Assembly: GCA_965116925.1 (NCBI GenBank)
Contig: OZ220744.1
Location: 5,504,001-5,568,000 of the forward strand
Source: Candidatus Poribacteria bacterium
GTDB taxonomy: Bacteria > Poribacteria > WGA-4E > PCPOR2b
DNA: 64,000 nt
Direction: 5' to 3'
The position numbers and the translations under genes are program-made. Each line of letters opens with the position of its first letter. Within the stretch, counting starts at the first letter, position 1. The notes under the pieces are model-generated. The model was not told where the DNA came from and did not search any database. It saw only the letters and a list, made by a program, of their open reading frames with translations. This document shows positions 29,554 to 39,989 of this stretch, one piece after another.

Positions 29554-30770
29554 GAAGTTTCTCCATTTTGTGGTATTGCTGTTTGATAGTTGCCACTCTG
29601 CATCATTTCATAGAGAGGCGATAATTCACGTAACCGGGCGACTTGTGCTGCGACACGCTCAACAACCGTGGCAACCTCCGCTACTGTGTTGTAGCGTCCC
29701 AATCCAAACCGGATGGCACCTAGGGCAAGTTCGTCTCTAACACCCATCGCCCGCAAGACATAGGAGGGTTCAACAGAATCGGAGTTGCAGGCGGATCCCG
29801 ATGAAAGTGCTATCTCTTTCAAGCCTGATAGTATCGACTGGCTTTCGACAAACTCAAAGCTAAGGTTAAGGTTGCCGGGGACGCGTTGTGTCGGGTGTCC
29901 GTTGAGGTAGACTCGATCGATCCGTTTAGATAATTCGTGATAGAGCTGCTCTCGTAACGCAGCGATCCGATTCACTTCTTCCGCCATCTCCTGCTTGCAT
30001 AACTCGCAGGCTGCTCCGAAACCGACGATGGCGGGGACGTTGAGCGTCCCCGATCTGATGTTATTTTCTTGACCGCCGCCGTGTAGCAGTGGATACAACT
30101 GGATCGGTGGGTTTTTCTTGCGGACGTAGAGGACACCGATTCCTTTGGGACCGTACATTTTGTGGGCGGTAAAGGACATTAGATCCACTTTTAGTTTGGC
30201 GACATCGGATTCAATTTTGCCGATCCCTTGCGTCGCATCGGAATGGAAAAGTATACCATATTTCTCTGCGATTTCGCCCACTTCTGTAATGGGGTTGATT
30301 GTTCCGACTTCGCCGTTGACGTAGATGAGGCTGATTAGTACAGTCTGGTCTGTGATAGCGTCTTCGACCTGCTGCGGCTGAACCATCCCGTACTTGTCCA
30401 CGGGGAGGTAGGTTACATCAAACCCTGATTCCTCCAACGCCTCGCATGAATCCAAAACTGCGTGGTGTTCGACGGTGCTGGTAATGATATGATTTCCACG
30501 ATCTTTATATTGATAGGCGATCCCCTTGACCGCGAGGTTATCCGATTCCGTCGCGCCACTGGTGAATATAATCTCCTCCACTGAACAACCGATCAGATCT
30601 GCGACCTGATCGCGTGCGATGTCCACCGCATCCTTCGCATACTCCCCGAATAGATGTGTGCTGCTAGCAGCGTTCCCGAAATGGTTCGTCAGGTATGGCA
30701 TCATCGCCTCCAGCACCCGTGGGTCGAGGGGGGTGGTGGCGTGGTTATCCATGTAGATTGGTTGTGTCAT
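29550..30770 (-). CDS. iscS: Cysteine desulfurase IscS
   Basis: [41 protein letters not shown]. Confidence 0.95.
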   Translation of the reverse strand: MTQPIYMDNHATTPLDPRVLEAMMPYLTNHFGNAASSTHLFGEYAKDAVDIARDQVADLIGCSVEEIIFTSGATESDNLAVKGIAYQYKDRGNHIITSTVEHHAVLDSCEALEESGFDVTYLPVDKYGMVQPQQVEDAITDQTVLISLIYVNGEVGTINPITEVGEIAEKYGILFHSDATQGIGKIESDVAKLKVDLMSFTAHKMYGPKGIGVLYVRKKNPPIQLYPLLHGGGQENNIRSGTLNVPAIVGFGAACELCKQEMAEEVNRIAALREQLYHELSKRIDRVYLNGHPTQRVPGNLNLSFEFVESQSILSGLKEIALSSGSACNSDSVEPSYVLRAMGVRDELALGAIRFGLGRYNTVAEVATVVERVAAQVARLRELSPLYEMMQSGNYQTAIPQNGETS

Positions 30771-30901
30771 CGCGGATCACCTCTATTGTTCCTATGCTTT
30801 ACAAACCTTCAAGATCCGTATTAAAAGAAAGGGCAAAATGCTAAAATCGTGAAACGTGAAAACAATCTGTTGATTGGTCCGGGCAGGCTAGGGAGCCCAA
30901 C

Positions 30902-32170
30902 TTATGCGGTAATCAAAAGGGGCAACCTATGAATGATATTCCCAAGGTATCCCTTCGGATTCCACGGTTGACTGAAGGGTTGGGCGTTCCCTTTATCGTC
31001 AAACGCTTGCGCCCATATTTCGTAGTATCCTTTGTTACCGAAGGTGATTTCAGTTTCCCAATGATACCAAGCGTACCGATTCGCCGGTTGGATTAATCGG
31101 GTCTCTTGCCACCGGATACCGAAATCTGTGGAGATGTAGACCTTATTGACCTTGTTCTCTCCTGCCCAAGCGTGACCTCTTACCTTAACAGGTGTACCTA
31201 TTTTGACGGCAGTTTTCGATTGAGGTTTGGTGATGAGTGATTTAACCTTTCCTGACGTGGCGATTATCATCTCATTTTTCGGGGGTTTACTCCCCGGCAC
31301 CGGTGGATGCGTCGGTATGCGATAAGAATATCCGCTCATTTTTTCTGAGTCGTGAACTCGATCTCTGACCCAAATACGGTTGAGCCATTTCTGCATTGAG
31401 CTGCCGATCCAACCCGACACAATCAGTCTCGCGGGGAATCCGTGCGCTGCGGGCAGATCTTCTCCATTCATCTTGAAAGCGATTAGCGTATGCTCGTCCA
31501 TTGCCTTTTCAATCGGAATGCCTCGCGAAAATTGTTCCCCTGAACCGATTGGTAGGTCTTCACCGTAGTTGCCGGTATAGACAGCGGTCTCTTTTAAGCC
31601 TGCGGCTTTCAAGACATCGTGCAGGCGCACCCCAGTCCATTCGCTACAGCCAACTGCACCGCGAATCCACGGCGTTCCATCAACTTTCGGTGTGAACAGG
31701 CTTCTGCCGTTTCCCGCACATTCCACCACTACTTGCATAGTCACTTGCGGGAAACGGATTAGGTCATCCATCGAGAGCGTGAGTTTTTTGTGAACTTCAC
31801 CGTCAATCGTCAATTTCCAACCGTGTAGGTCGCCGCTTTTGGCGCGTTCTGGGATGCTGCTGTTATTGCGGACGAAATGTCGGGCGGCGGGGGTCACATC
31901 ATCGTTTAGTAGATGTGGGGCGAACTCACCGTTAAAGGGTTGCTCTGAGTGGACGATCATATCCGGCTTTGGGAGTAGATCTTGTTCGGTCTCTCCCCAC
32001 GCAGCGGGAATGAGCCCTCTGCCGAATAAGCCTCTTACGGCAGCGTCCGAACCTGCGCCAAAGATCCCCAGACCGGCAAGTGCAGCACCTTTGCCTATCG
32101 TTGCAAGGAAATGCCGCCGCGAGGGAAGATCGGTTTCAGAACTGTTTGTAGAAATGTGCTTTTGTTTCAT
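30902..32170 (-). CDS. Tat-exported sulfite oxidase family molybdoenzyme (SorA/SoxC-like)
   Basis: SRRHFL Tat motif, HFVRN, ECAGNGR Mo-ligand Cys, HGFPARL, WNPKGY. Confidence 0.9.
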   Translation of the reverse strand: MKQKHISTNSSETDLPSRRHFLATIGKGAALAGLGIFGAGSDAAVRGLFGRGLIPAAWGETEQDLLPKPDMIVHSEQPFNGEFAPHLLNDDVTPAARHFVRNNSSIPERAKSGDLHGWKLTIDGEVHKKLTLSMDDLIRFPQVTMQVVVECAGNGRSLFTPKVDGTPWIRGAVGCSEWTGVRLHDVLKAAGLKETAVYTGNYGEDLPIGSGEQFSRGIPIEKAMDEHTLIAFKMNGEDLPAAHGFPARLIVSGWIGSSMQKWLNRIWVRDRVHDSEKMSGYSYRIPTHPPVPGSKPPKNEMIIATSGKVKSLITKPQSKTAVKIGTPVKVRGHAWAGENKVNKVYISTDFGIRWQETRLIQPANRYAWYHWETEITFGNKGYYEIWAQAFDDKGNAQPFSQPWNPKGYLGNIIHRLPLLITA

Positions 32171-32241
32171 CGATCTGCCTCCACCTAACGCATAATTTCA
32201 GGCAACAACGATGAGAGGGGTTACTCAGTTGTGTACCCTCA

Positions 32242-32442
32242 TTAGACCTCTGGCTCATACCATATAGAAATAATAATTTTGCTTGGATCCGCACTGCCTC
32301 CACATGCTGATTGCTTTATATCTATGATTTTGATTCCAGGATTAGCATTAATCCAAGCATTAATCTCCCTTTCAAGGGACAATGCTGTTTTTGATATTCC
32401 ACGAAAGTGACCGCCCGATATTGCAAATATTTTAGTTTTCAT
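32242..32442 (-). CDS. Small hypothetical protein (Cse60-like pattern)
   Basis: LEREINAWI..IKIIDIK..ISIWYE; AAGGAA RBS. Confidence 0.55.
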   Translation of the reverse strand: MKTKIFAISGGHFRGISKTALSLEREINAWINANPGIKIIDIKQSACGGSADPSKIIISIWYEPEV

Positions 32443-32594
32443 GATGATTCCTTTTTTGTTATTACAGACTTAACGAAAAAGTTCAGTTGTGGTAGGGGCG
32501 TCCAAATACCCCCAACAACCCCAAACCTACCGCAACCCAAAAACATTGATAAAACTGCAAATCTCCACCGTTAATCGCAGCGTGGGGTTAGGAT

Positions 32595-33545
32595 CTAATC
32601 AGTTCCTTTTTTCAGCTTTATTGTTTCCTTATCAAAGTCAAACTCCTCTTGTATTTCCGTTTGTTCCTCGCCATATAATTTTTGAACTGATTCCTCGAAT
32701 TTGTCAATTAAGGGGTCATGGTGATTAAGAAACCATCTCTTATGGTTCTCAAGATATTCTTGTCTGACTTTTTTCGTGTTCAAATCCAAGGGAATGCGTT
32801 CCATTCGGGGATCTATGCTATCAAACCCTGTGAATTCACTATTTAGGCGTTCCTTAATCATTTTAACGTATTCTGGATTTAATTCGATACCAACGCAATC
32901 TCTGTTTAATTGCTGGCATACTCTTAAAGTGGTGCCGCTGCCCGCGAACGGATCCAAGACTACATCTCCTTCATCGGACGATGCAAGTACCATTCTTTCG
33001 ATTAAGCCCTCTGGCTTCTGTGTGGGATGATTTTGTCTGTTTTCGTTGCAATAATGCACATGAGAAAATTGCCACACATCTCCTGGGTTTGCCCCTCTCA
33101 TATTGTTGCGCTCACGATAGTATTTCTGAGGTACTCTTATATTGTCTAGGTTGAACTTAAACGTTTTGCCTTTGGTAAACATTAGAATGTCGTCATGTCT
33201 CGGAGAGAACCCCTTTGTCTTTCCCATCCCTTGTGTGTAGTGCCAGCAAATCCAACTGTTGAAACACATCTGAAGTTCGCGGTCAAGTATATCGTACAGA
33301 TAAGAGATAAGTCGAAAGCCCATAAACACATAAATTGTTCCCGTTGGCTTAAGAATTCTACGAACTTCTGTTAACCAGAGTGTTGAGAACTTGAGGTACT
33401 CGTCGAATTCCTTCCGGTCGTAGTTGTTGCCATATTCTTTACCTAAGTTATACGGTGGGTCAGCGATAATAAGGTCTACTGATTCACTAGGGATACGAAG
33501 GAGGTGTTCCAGAGCGTCTCCCTCAATAATTTGTAGGTTACTCAT
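32595..33545 (-). CDS. Beta-class N4-C/N6-A DNA methyltransferase
   Basis: DPPY precedes HPTQKP and VLDPFAGSGTT. Confidence 0.93.
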   Translation of the reverse strand: MSNLQIIEGDALEHLLRIPSESVDLIIADPPYNLGKEYGNNYDRKEFDEYLKFSTLWLTEVRRILKPTGTIYVFMGFRLISYLYDILDRELQMCFNSWICWHYTQGMGKTKGFSPRHDDILMFTKGKTFKFNLDNIRVPQKYYRERNNMRGANPGDVWQFSHVHYCNENRQNHPTQKPEGLIERMVLASSDEGDVVLDPFAGSGTTLRVCQQLNRDCVGIELNPEYVKMIKERLNSEFTGFDSIDPRMERIPLDLNTKKVRQEYLENHKRWFLNHHDPLIDKFEESVQKLYGEEQTEIQEEFDFDKETIKLKKGTD

Positions 33546-33577
33546 TCCGGTTTTCCCCGTTGATAGAGATATAAAAT

Positions 33578-34357
33578 TCAGCCATCATATTTTATCCAAC
33601 CATATTTTATCGCAAGATTCAGCCAATCTTGGGTCGTTTTTCTGGTAGAACTAAGATATTTGCGGTCTAACAGTTGGCAAAACTCCCAAGTTGTTCTTCT
33701 TGTCAACGAAATATAATGAATATCTTTCACCTGAATCTGTCCCGTCCCAAGGGCTGGATTGTAATTGAAATCTTTTGAGGAAAGATACTTGAGATCATAA
33801 GCATTATATGCAACAATCTCCATAATCCCGTCCATTAATCCCGAAGTCGGATTCCTTGTTGAATAAACCCGATATTTAAGCGAAAGTATCACAAAGATGT
33901 AGTCTGGATCTTCAATATATGCAGAGCGAATACGACCAAAAGAGGTAATGTTGGGAGATTTGCCACTTGACTCGATATCCTCCGATGTAGATTTAACATC
34001 TACCTCCGCCGTAACACCCGATTCGATCTTACCTTCCCTCCTAAATTGGAGAATAACATCTGCTCTATGAAGCCGCTCTTGCGATTCGACATTAATTAAA
34101 CGGTATTTGTTACCTTGGTTCTTCACTACCTCATGGAACTTTTCAAGAACCCAAGCCTCCACAAAAGGGCCGGCGATTTTGTTGATATTTTCCATCGGTA
34201 GCCCCAACTTGAGGTTGGTATTGATGATGATTTTGTTTCTGCCGTTTTCAATTGCTTCTTGAATGATAAATTCGACCGCAGAAGTCACAAACTCTGAACA
34301 CTCTGGATAATCTTCATTTTCCTGTGGGATTTTAAACTCGAGTTCGTCGTACTCCAT
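33578..34357 (-). CDS. Type II restriction endonuclease (PD-(D/E)xK)
   Basis: RADV...EVDVKS motif; co-oriented and adjacent to the MTase; AGGAG before ATG 34357. Confidence 0.75.
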   Translation of the reverse strand: MEYDELEFKIPQENEDYPECSEFVTSAVEFIIQEAIENGRNKIIINTNLKLGLPMENINKIAGPFVEAWVLEKFHEVVKNQGNKYRLINVESQERLHRADVILQFRREGKIESGVTAEVDVKSTSEDIESSGKSPNITSFGRIRSAYIEDPDYIFVILSLKYRVYSTRNPTSGLMDGIMEIVAYNAYDLKYLSSKDFNYNPALGTGQIQVKDIHYISLTRRTTWEFCQLLDRKYLSSTRKTTQDWLNLAIKYGWIKYDG

Positions 34358-34474
34358 GAAAACTCCTAATAGAGTTGAGCAGTGGCCTAACCCTTTACCA
34401 TATCCTACCACAATTACGCGGTATTTGGATTAGCGGGAAACGCTGCATAAAATAGCGTTGGGCACTGCGTCGAG

Positions 34475-35428
34475 TTACCGTCTGAGCACTTCCTCACGAT
34501 GCCAAGCTAAGGCATCTTGAGCTGGGTAAAGTTGATCGCGTCCCGGCAACAGGATGGATTTGTCCTGAAGTTCTGTTAACGTCCACTCCGTGGGTCGTCG
34601 ATTAGACATGAGCGGCGAAACAAGGACTTGATAGGTTTTACTCAAGGAGATTAATCCTTTATCAAAACTCCAATGGTGCAATTTGCAGAGAGAGATTCCA
34701 TTCCGTACATCGTCATTCTTTGAAATGCGAAATGGGATAATATGTGCAGCGTCAGTCGCGCTTTCTCCATCCATTGTCACAATACGCAGCCGACAGACAG
34801 CGCAGGTGTAATTGTACAATCCCATGATCGCTTGTCGGAACCCTACACTACGAATTGGCGATTCTTCTGGGATTGGTGGCGTCGGTTTCTGAAGTGAAAA
34901 GGGTTGTTCAACTTCGCTGATTAGTGACTGTTCATACTCTGTAATCTGTTTTCCTTCTGCGATGAGATCTTCGATTCCACCCTTGAACTCTATAAGATAG
35001 ACGTAGATAAGGGTCTGACGGATTATCTCTCGATTACTGGCATCGGTAAGTAAAACAAAGAGGTCATCATCCAAACTCACGTATGCGATAACTTCACGGA
35101 GGCGAGAAATCGCTGTAATTCGATCGGCAACGTCTAATACCTTTTCGTATCCAGTGTTTGGGTGAAGATGCCAGAATCCATCACTTCTTAAGTGGAAAAA
35201 TGGCAGGGCGATATTAGGTTTTCGATCCGTTACTTTTGACCAGTATTTAATGAAGGTCTCTGCCAAGTCCGGGGAGAGGGAAATTTTGTTTTCTTGAATC
35301 TGCCCTCGCTCAATCAGTTCAATAACAGCTAACAGCAGGAGCGGCTTGTGAGGAGCGACTCCGTGTGCCCTGTCTACCCGCAAGCGTTTTATCTTTTGGA
35401 CATATTTTTCTAGGGTATCGGTGGACAT
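34475..35428 (-). CDS. SBD-HNH endonuclease (putative phosphorothioate-dependent restriction)
   Basis: N-terminal APHKPLLLL..PFFHL; C-terminal CAVC..DAAHIIP..NGISLCKLHHWSFD. Confidence 0.8.
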   Translation of the reverse strand: MSTDTLEKYVQKIKRLRVDRAHGVAPHKPLLLLAVIELIERGQIQENKISLSPDLAETFIKYWSKVTDRKPNIALPFFHLRSDGFWHLHPNTGYEKVLDVADRITAISRLREVIAYVSLDDDLFVLLTDASNREIIRQTLIYVYLIEFKGGIEDLIAEGKQITEYEQSLISEVEQPFSLQKPTPPIPEESPIRSVGFRQAIMGLYNYTCAVCRLRIVTMDGESATDAAHIIPFRISKNDDVRNGISLCKLHHWSFDKGLISLSKTYQVLVSPLMSNRRPTEWTLTELQDKSILLPGRDQLYPAQDALAWHREEVLRR

Positions 35429-35494
35429 CTTTTTTTATATCCTACGACGATTACTCAGGGCTGATCAGCTGTAAAGTCTCTTGCCGTTTAATCT

Positions 35495-36496
35495 TCAATG
35501 AAAGCGGGCTGGCAGGTCACGCACCGCCTCAATGATTCTATCCTCCAGATCATCAGCGTTGCTGTCTGGCGCCCGGTTATGTCTATCCATCCAAGCGATA
35601 TTTTCTGCAACACTCTCCACAGCCGGCGTTTCTGGCTGAAATTCGGGGATGTCTTTCGAGAGTTTTGCGCCGGTATAGATCTGCGTGTGACCGAAGTTTC
35701 CGCTTAACCCTCGGAACCGTTCCGGCGCAATAGCGACGAGTGTCTCTTGGGGGACATGCACAATTTCGGCTTCGACGCCCAACGCTTGAGCGACGGTATG
35801 GTGCCATTCGTCCCATGTCCGTGCCTCTGGGTGGACGATGTTGTAGGCTTGACCGAAACATTCTGACCTGCCAAGTGCCTCTACAAATCCTACCCCTGCG
35901 TCACGCGATGCGAGAAATTGGAAGTAGTTTAGTCCGTCTCCTGCTGACAGGATCGGCTTGCCTTTGCGTAGGCGATCAATCCAACTCCCGTCGCCCCCGA
36001 CCTGTCGATGCACTAGCATACCGGGGCCGTGCGTGTAGGACGGCTTGAAGATTGTTACGGGAAAACCGTCTTCGGCGTGTGCGTCTAAAAGTAGCTGATC
36101 CGCAGCGATCTTGCCTCGCCCATATTCAGATGTCCCATTCAGCGGCGCGGTTTCGGGAATGTTGACGCCGCTAAACGGAAAGGGCGGTCCATAGGTCATC
36201 ACCGTAGAGCAGTGGATGAATCCGTCCACCCGTCCGCGAAACGCTCGTAAGGCGGAGGCGGCATCGTTAGCGTTATAGGAGATCATGTCGATGATGGCGT
36301 CGAACTTTTCGGCACGCATCTTGTTCTCAAAATCGTCACGGTCTTGACGATCTCCGTGGATGACCTGTATATCCGGTGGGGGTGCGTCTGGGTGCTGCCC
36401 GCGATTAAACATCACCACCTCGTGATTCCGCTTGTGCAGTGCTGCGACGATTCCACGGCTGATATTTCCGGTGCCACCAATAATTAACACTTTCAT
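35495..36496 (-). CDS. NAD-dependent epimerase/dehydratase
   Basis: IIGGTGNIS, YGRGK. Confidence 0.88.
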   Translation of the reverse strand: MKVLIIGGTGNISRGIVAALHKRNHEVVMFNRGQHPDAPPPDIQVIHGDRQDRDDFENKMRAEKFDAIIDMISYNANDAASALRAFRGRVDGFIHCSTVMTYGPPFPFSGVNIPETAPLNGTSEYGRGKIAADQLLLDAHAEDGFPVTIFKPSYTHGPGMLVHRQVGGDGSWIDRLRKGKPILSAGDGLNYFQFLASRDAGVGFVEALGRSECFGQAYNIVHPEARTWDEWHHTVAQALGVEAEIVHVPQETLVAIAPERFRGLSGNFGHTQIYTGAKLSKDIPEFQPETPAVESVAENIAWMDRHNRAPDSNADDLEDRIIEAVRDLPARFH

Positions 36497-36520
36497 ACTT
36501 GAACACCCTTTTCCTATTGC

Positions 36521-36667
36521 GGATTAAACAGACGGTACAGATGACACAGAGAAAACGAGAAAACGGGAAAACGAGACGGAAAGAAAAAACTTTGCGCCCT
36601 TGTGCCTTAGCGACTTTGCGTTTCACTCGCGCAGATTCGTGGAAAAATCTGTTTCAACCTGTAATCA
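36521..36667. repeat. Mosaic of short tandem repeats with inverted ends
   Basis: gattaaacaga / tctgtttcaacctgtaatc ends; (gaaaacg[a/g])x3; (ctt[t/g/a]g[c/t]g[c/a])-type octamers. Confidence 0.55.
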
Positions 36668-37441
36668 ACGTCCCTCTGGGATTTCGGGCCAATTGTATTC
36701 CGGGCGGTAGCCCAGTTCCTCCACAGTCTGTTTCCAATCGAATCGAGAATCCTCACGCCCCGCGACCACGTGGTAAGAACCGTACATCACATCTTGGGTT
36801 TCGATTGCCAACTCAACCGCTTGTGCAACGTCGCGTGGGTCAACATATACAAACCACGGTTCGGTTGGCCCGGCTTGGTCTAAATTGTCCGGTGCTTTGG
36901 GACCGGGATTATGCCCATCACCGGCGATGACACCGGGCCGCAGGTGGATAACGCTCAACCCGTGCGCTTGGTAGTATGCCTCTCCAACCTGTTCACCCAA
37001 GTATTTCGCAAGGGCATAGTACAGCCCACCCGAATTGAACGTAAACGGCGCACCGACACGGTAGGGCAGCTCAGCCTCCGGAAGCGGGCTACAGGCGGAG
37101 ATACTTGAAATGTTGACAAGCCTTTGCACTCCACCCGTCGCGCAGGCTTCGGCGATGTTCCACGTTCCCTTGACCATCACATCGGCGAATAACCATGCCG
37201 GCTTGTCGAAACGCTCGCGCACCAACGCCACGAGGTGAACAACGGCATCGTGTCCTTCACAAATCTTTTCAATCTCCTCATAGTTCATTAGATCCGCTTG
37301 CACAAAGGGCAGATCGTTGAAGTCCGGCTTTGGCTCGACCCTATCGGTGAGCGTAAGTTCATATTTGGATCGGAGGCGATTGATGATGAAACCGGCGAGA
37401 TACCCTGCTGCACCGGTGATGAGGATTTTCTTGATTTTCAT
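36665..37441 (-). CDS. NAD-dependent epimerase / uronate dehydrogenase-like SDR
   Basis: LITGAAGYLA, YALAK. Confidence 0.85.
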   Translation of the reverse strand: MKIKKILITGAAGYLAGFIINRLRSKYELTLTDRVEPKPDFNDLPFVQADLMNYEEIEKICEGHDAVVHLVALVRERFDKPAWLFADVMVKGTWNIAEACATGGVQRLVNISSISACSPLPEAELPYRVGAPFTFNSGGLYYALAKYLGEQVGEAYYQAHGLSVIHLRPGVIAGDGHNPGPKAPDNLDQAGPTEPWFVYVDPRDVAQAVELAIETQDVMYGSYHVVAGREDSRFDWKQTVEELGYRPEYNWPEIPEGR

Positions 37442-37510
37442 GCGTGAATTTTTTCTCCCTAGCAGATAGATGCTGTAAACGAGCGAGGTCAGAAACCTTG
37501 TGCCCAGAGT

Positions 37511-37538
37511 TACGGCACACGGAGTGTGCCTACTACTA
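37511..37538. repeat. REP-like GTAGTAGGCACACTCCGTGTGCCGTA
   Basis: Second copy 39951-39978 with compensatory stem change. Confidence 0.8.
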
Positions 37539-37549
37539 TTAATGTCTAT

Positions 37550-38566
37550 TTATTTTTCGATTCCACTATAATCGACTTTTACAAAGCCGCCGGTGTCTTG
37601 GCTTTTGATAGCTGCCTCTATTAATGCGAGGGTGTGCATCGCGTCTCCAAAGTCCGACCGAATCAGCGAGCGGTCGCCTGTTTCGATGGCGCGAAGCCAT
37701 GCGTGAATCTTATCAAGCCCGATGCTATTTTCAGGGGGCACGGATTCATTAAAGTCGTTTCCATGCAAATGACCGACGATTCGGTCGCCGTTTCGACCTC
37801 CTCGTGCGTCTGCCCGAAGGCGTAAATGCGGACCGATAACCTCTAGCTCGAAACCGTTTCCTTTCGTACCGCAGTGGTTTATGTGCGTACCGAATACACC
37901 GTTCTCAAGTTCGTACATCATCTGGATAGCGTTTTCAGCGTCAAACTCGGTTCGATCCAGTGCCATATTCTTGGCACCGATTGCGTGTGCCTGAACTGGC
38001 TTGACGTTCCCCATGACAAAGCGGGCACAATCAAGGATATGAATCGCTTGCTCGGCGAGGGGACCTCCGCTGATTTGGTGCTGCAAGAACCACGGTGACA
38101 TCCGAAAGCTGAGGTAATACTCGACTGTACAGACTGTGTGAACGAGATGCACCGTTTCATCAGCCAACAACTCTTTGAATCTCTCGTAGATTGAGCCGTA
38201 ACGTAGTTGAAAGCTGACCGCATTAATCACCCCAGCATCCTCAATATGTGCAAGGCATGCACGTGCATCAGCCATGTTTAGGGCGGGCGGTTTTTCAATC
38301 ATCAGGTGGATACCGCGTTCACAAGCCCCCCGCACCGGCTCAAGACGCACAGGGGGTGGTGTGGTGATGATCAATCCATCCATTTCAGCATCAAAGAACC
38401 GCTCAAGGTCATCCGTGGCGATTTTCGCACCTGCTCTCGTCCCAAGTTCCTGGGCCGCCGGTAGATGTATATCGTGAACTGCAACAACTTGTGCGCCGTA
38501 GTCAGCAACTCTACCTTCATGGCGGTTTCCCATCACTCCGGCACCGACAATTCCAATTTTTAGCAT
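37550..38566 (-). CDS. Gfo/Idh/MocA family oxidoreductase
   Basis: IGIVGAGVMG, IEKPPA, GGPLAEQAIHILD. Confidence 0.9.
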   Translation of the reverse strand: MLKIGIVGAGVMGNRHEGRVADYGAQVVAVHDIHLPAAQELGTRAGAKIATDDLERFFDAEMDGLIITTPPPVRLEPVRGACERGIHLMIEKPPALNMADARACLAHIEDAGVINAVSFQLRYGSIYERFKELLADETVHLVHTVCTVEYYLSFRMSPWFLQHQISGGPLAEQAIHILDCARFVMGNVKPVQAHAIGAKNMALDRTEFDAENAIQMMYELENGVFGTHINHCGTKGNGFELEVIGPHLRLRADARGGRNGDRIVGHLHGNDFNESVPPENSIGLDKIHAWLRAIETGDRSLIRSDFGDAMHTLALIEAAIKSQDTGGFVKVDYSGIEK

Positions 38567-38630
38567 GTTCCCTCCCTGTACCTCACACGAAAGAAAATCC
38601 TTTAGGACTTAGTTGAACAGCCAAAGCCCC

Positions 38631-38693
38631 GTAGTTCGACGATTCATCGCCTCTGGAACACCGTTGCCAACGCCCGATAAATCGGGCAACTAC
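38631..38693. repeat. Inverted REP pair (GTAGTTGCCCGATTTATCGGG family)
   Basis: gtagttcgacgattcatcg ... cccgataaatcgggcaactac. Confidence 0.6.
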
Positions 38694-38706
38694 AATGCGG
38701 TGATTC

Positions 38707-39897
38707 TTACAACCATCCTGCAACTGCCCAGATCACACTTGCTCGACTGAAGGGTGCATCCTTGAGGGCATCGACCCCTGAAATCGGATGCCCCCCATAT
38801 TTACGCTCATAGGCTTCATGGATCTGGCGTTCAAACCCCGTTATCTCTTGAATCGGCAAGGTTATCCACGCGCTCCCGCGTCGGGCACTCTCCCGAATTG
38901 CGATCCACAATTCCAGATCTCGCCGGGCGTTGATGGAGCCGTATGCAGGCTGAATATCCTCCGTCACGGCGCGATACATACTGTGGAGGATGCTCGCTTT
39001 GGCAACGTCGTCCGATGCAGAGATCTTGTATTTGGCAAACGGGTTCGACCACACGATCGGCGGAGAGGTTTCTATCCGAACATAGTCTAACACCTGTTCG
39101 CCGTCAATTTCTGTATAAACGTCCTCAATTTGGTGACTCCCACCATTGTTATAAAGGGTTAGTTGGTCCCCGGAGAGATGTCCCTCTGTGCCTTCAATCT
39201 CCCAGTAGCTGCCACGCGCTCCCGGCGGTGGCATCTCGTAGAGGCAGGTGATTCCTCCCGGAAACTCAATGATACCGGACTCCCACCACCGTGTCTTCAT
39301 CGCTTCGTCACCGTAGCCGGTGTAGGGCTGTGTCGGTACTTCAGCTGCGTATCCCAAAACGCGTATCGGTTCGCAGCCGAGGATCATACGGATCGCGTTG
39401 ATGCCGTGATAGCTGCCCGATGCGTACCAGAGCCGCGCATGTCGAATTTTTCCGAGTAATCCCGCCCGGACAATTTTCTGTTTCAACTGCTCATGGGGCC
39501 AGTGCCAGACATTTTCGGCGATTTCGTATTTGACACCGTTCTGTTGGCATGTTTCCGTAATGGCATCTGCTATCGGCAGCGAGACAGCGATCGGAATTTC
39601 GGTGATGACGTTGATCCGGTGCTTAGCAACCGTCATCGCCATGACGTTGAGCGAATCGGTTGGCGTCAGACAGAAGACCACATCCAGCGTTTCGGACTGA
39701 AGCATCTCCTCGACATCTGTGTATTGCGCTGGGATGTCGTAGGTTTCGGCTGCGGCACGACATGCCTCGGCGTTTCTGTCGCAGATGGCGCAGAATGTGT
39801 AGAGGTCTGTCAGTTGCTTGATGACCGCCTGATAGGCGCGTGAGCGGGAGGTTTCGTAAGTCCCCGCACCGATTACAGCAATTCGTAAAGGGTTCAT
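38707..39897 (-). CDS. Gfo/Idh/MocA family oxidoreductase
   Basis: IAVIGAG, variant TEIPIA motif, YHGINAIR. Confidence 0.85.
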   Translation of the reverse strand: MNPLRIAVIGAGTYETSRSRAYQAVIKQLTDLYTFCAICDRNAEACRAAAETYDIPAQYTDVEEMLQSETLDVVFCLTPTDSLNVMAMTVAKHRINVITEIPIAVSLPIADAITETCQQNGVKYEIAENVWHWPHEQLKQKIVRAGLLGKIRHARLWYASGSYHGINAIRMILGCEPIRVLGYAAEVPTQPYTGYGDEAMKTRWWESGIIEFPGGITCLYEMPPPGARGSYWEIEGTEGHLSGDQLTLYNNGGSHQIEDVYTEIDGEQVLDYVRIETSPPIVWSNPFAKYKISASDDVAKASILHSMYRAVTEDIQPAYGSINARRDLELWIAIRESARRGSAWITLPIQEITGFERQIHEAYERKYGGHPISGVDALKDAPFSRASVIWAVAGWL

Positions 39898-39950
39898 CGG
39901 TATCTCCTCTGGATGCGCGAAATTATAAGTTGGTTCATTGGTTCAAGGGT

Positions 39951-39978
39951 TACGGCATACGGAGTATGCCTACTACTA
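39951..39978. repeat. REP-like copy (see 37511)
   Basis: tacggcatacggagtatgcctactacta. Confidence 0.8.
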
Positions 39979-39989
39979 TATTGCGTGCT

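Noticed and set aside
30902..32170. A second selenoprotein among the redox genes (sulfite oxidase, DUF393, DsbD)
   Set aside because: Their catalytic positions are Cys in uninterrupted ORFs
29550..35428. IscS plus SBD-HNH as a phosphorothioation (dnd/ssp) system
   Set aside because: No dndBCDE or ssp genes; iscS is coupled to apbC, which points to Fe-S assembly
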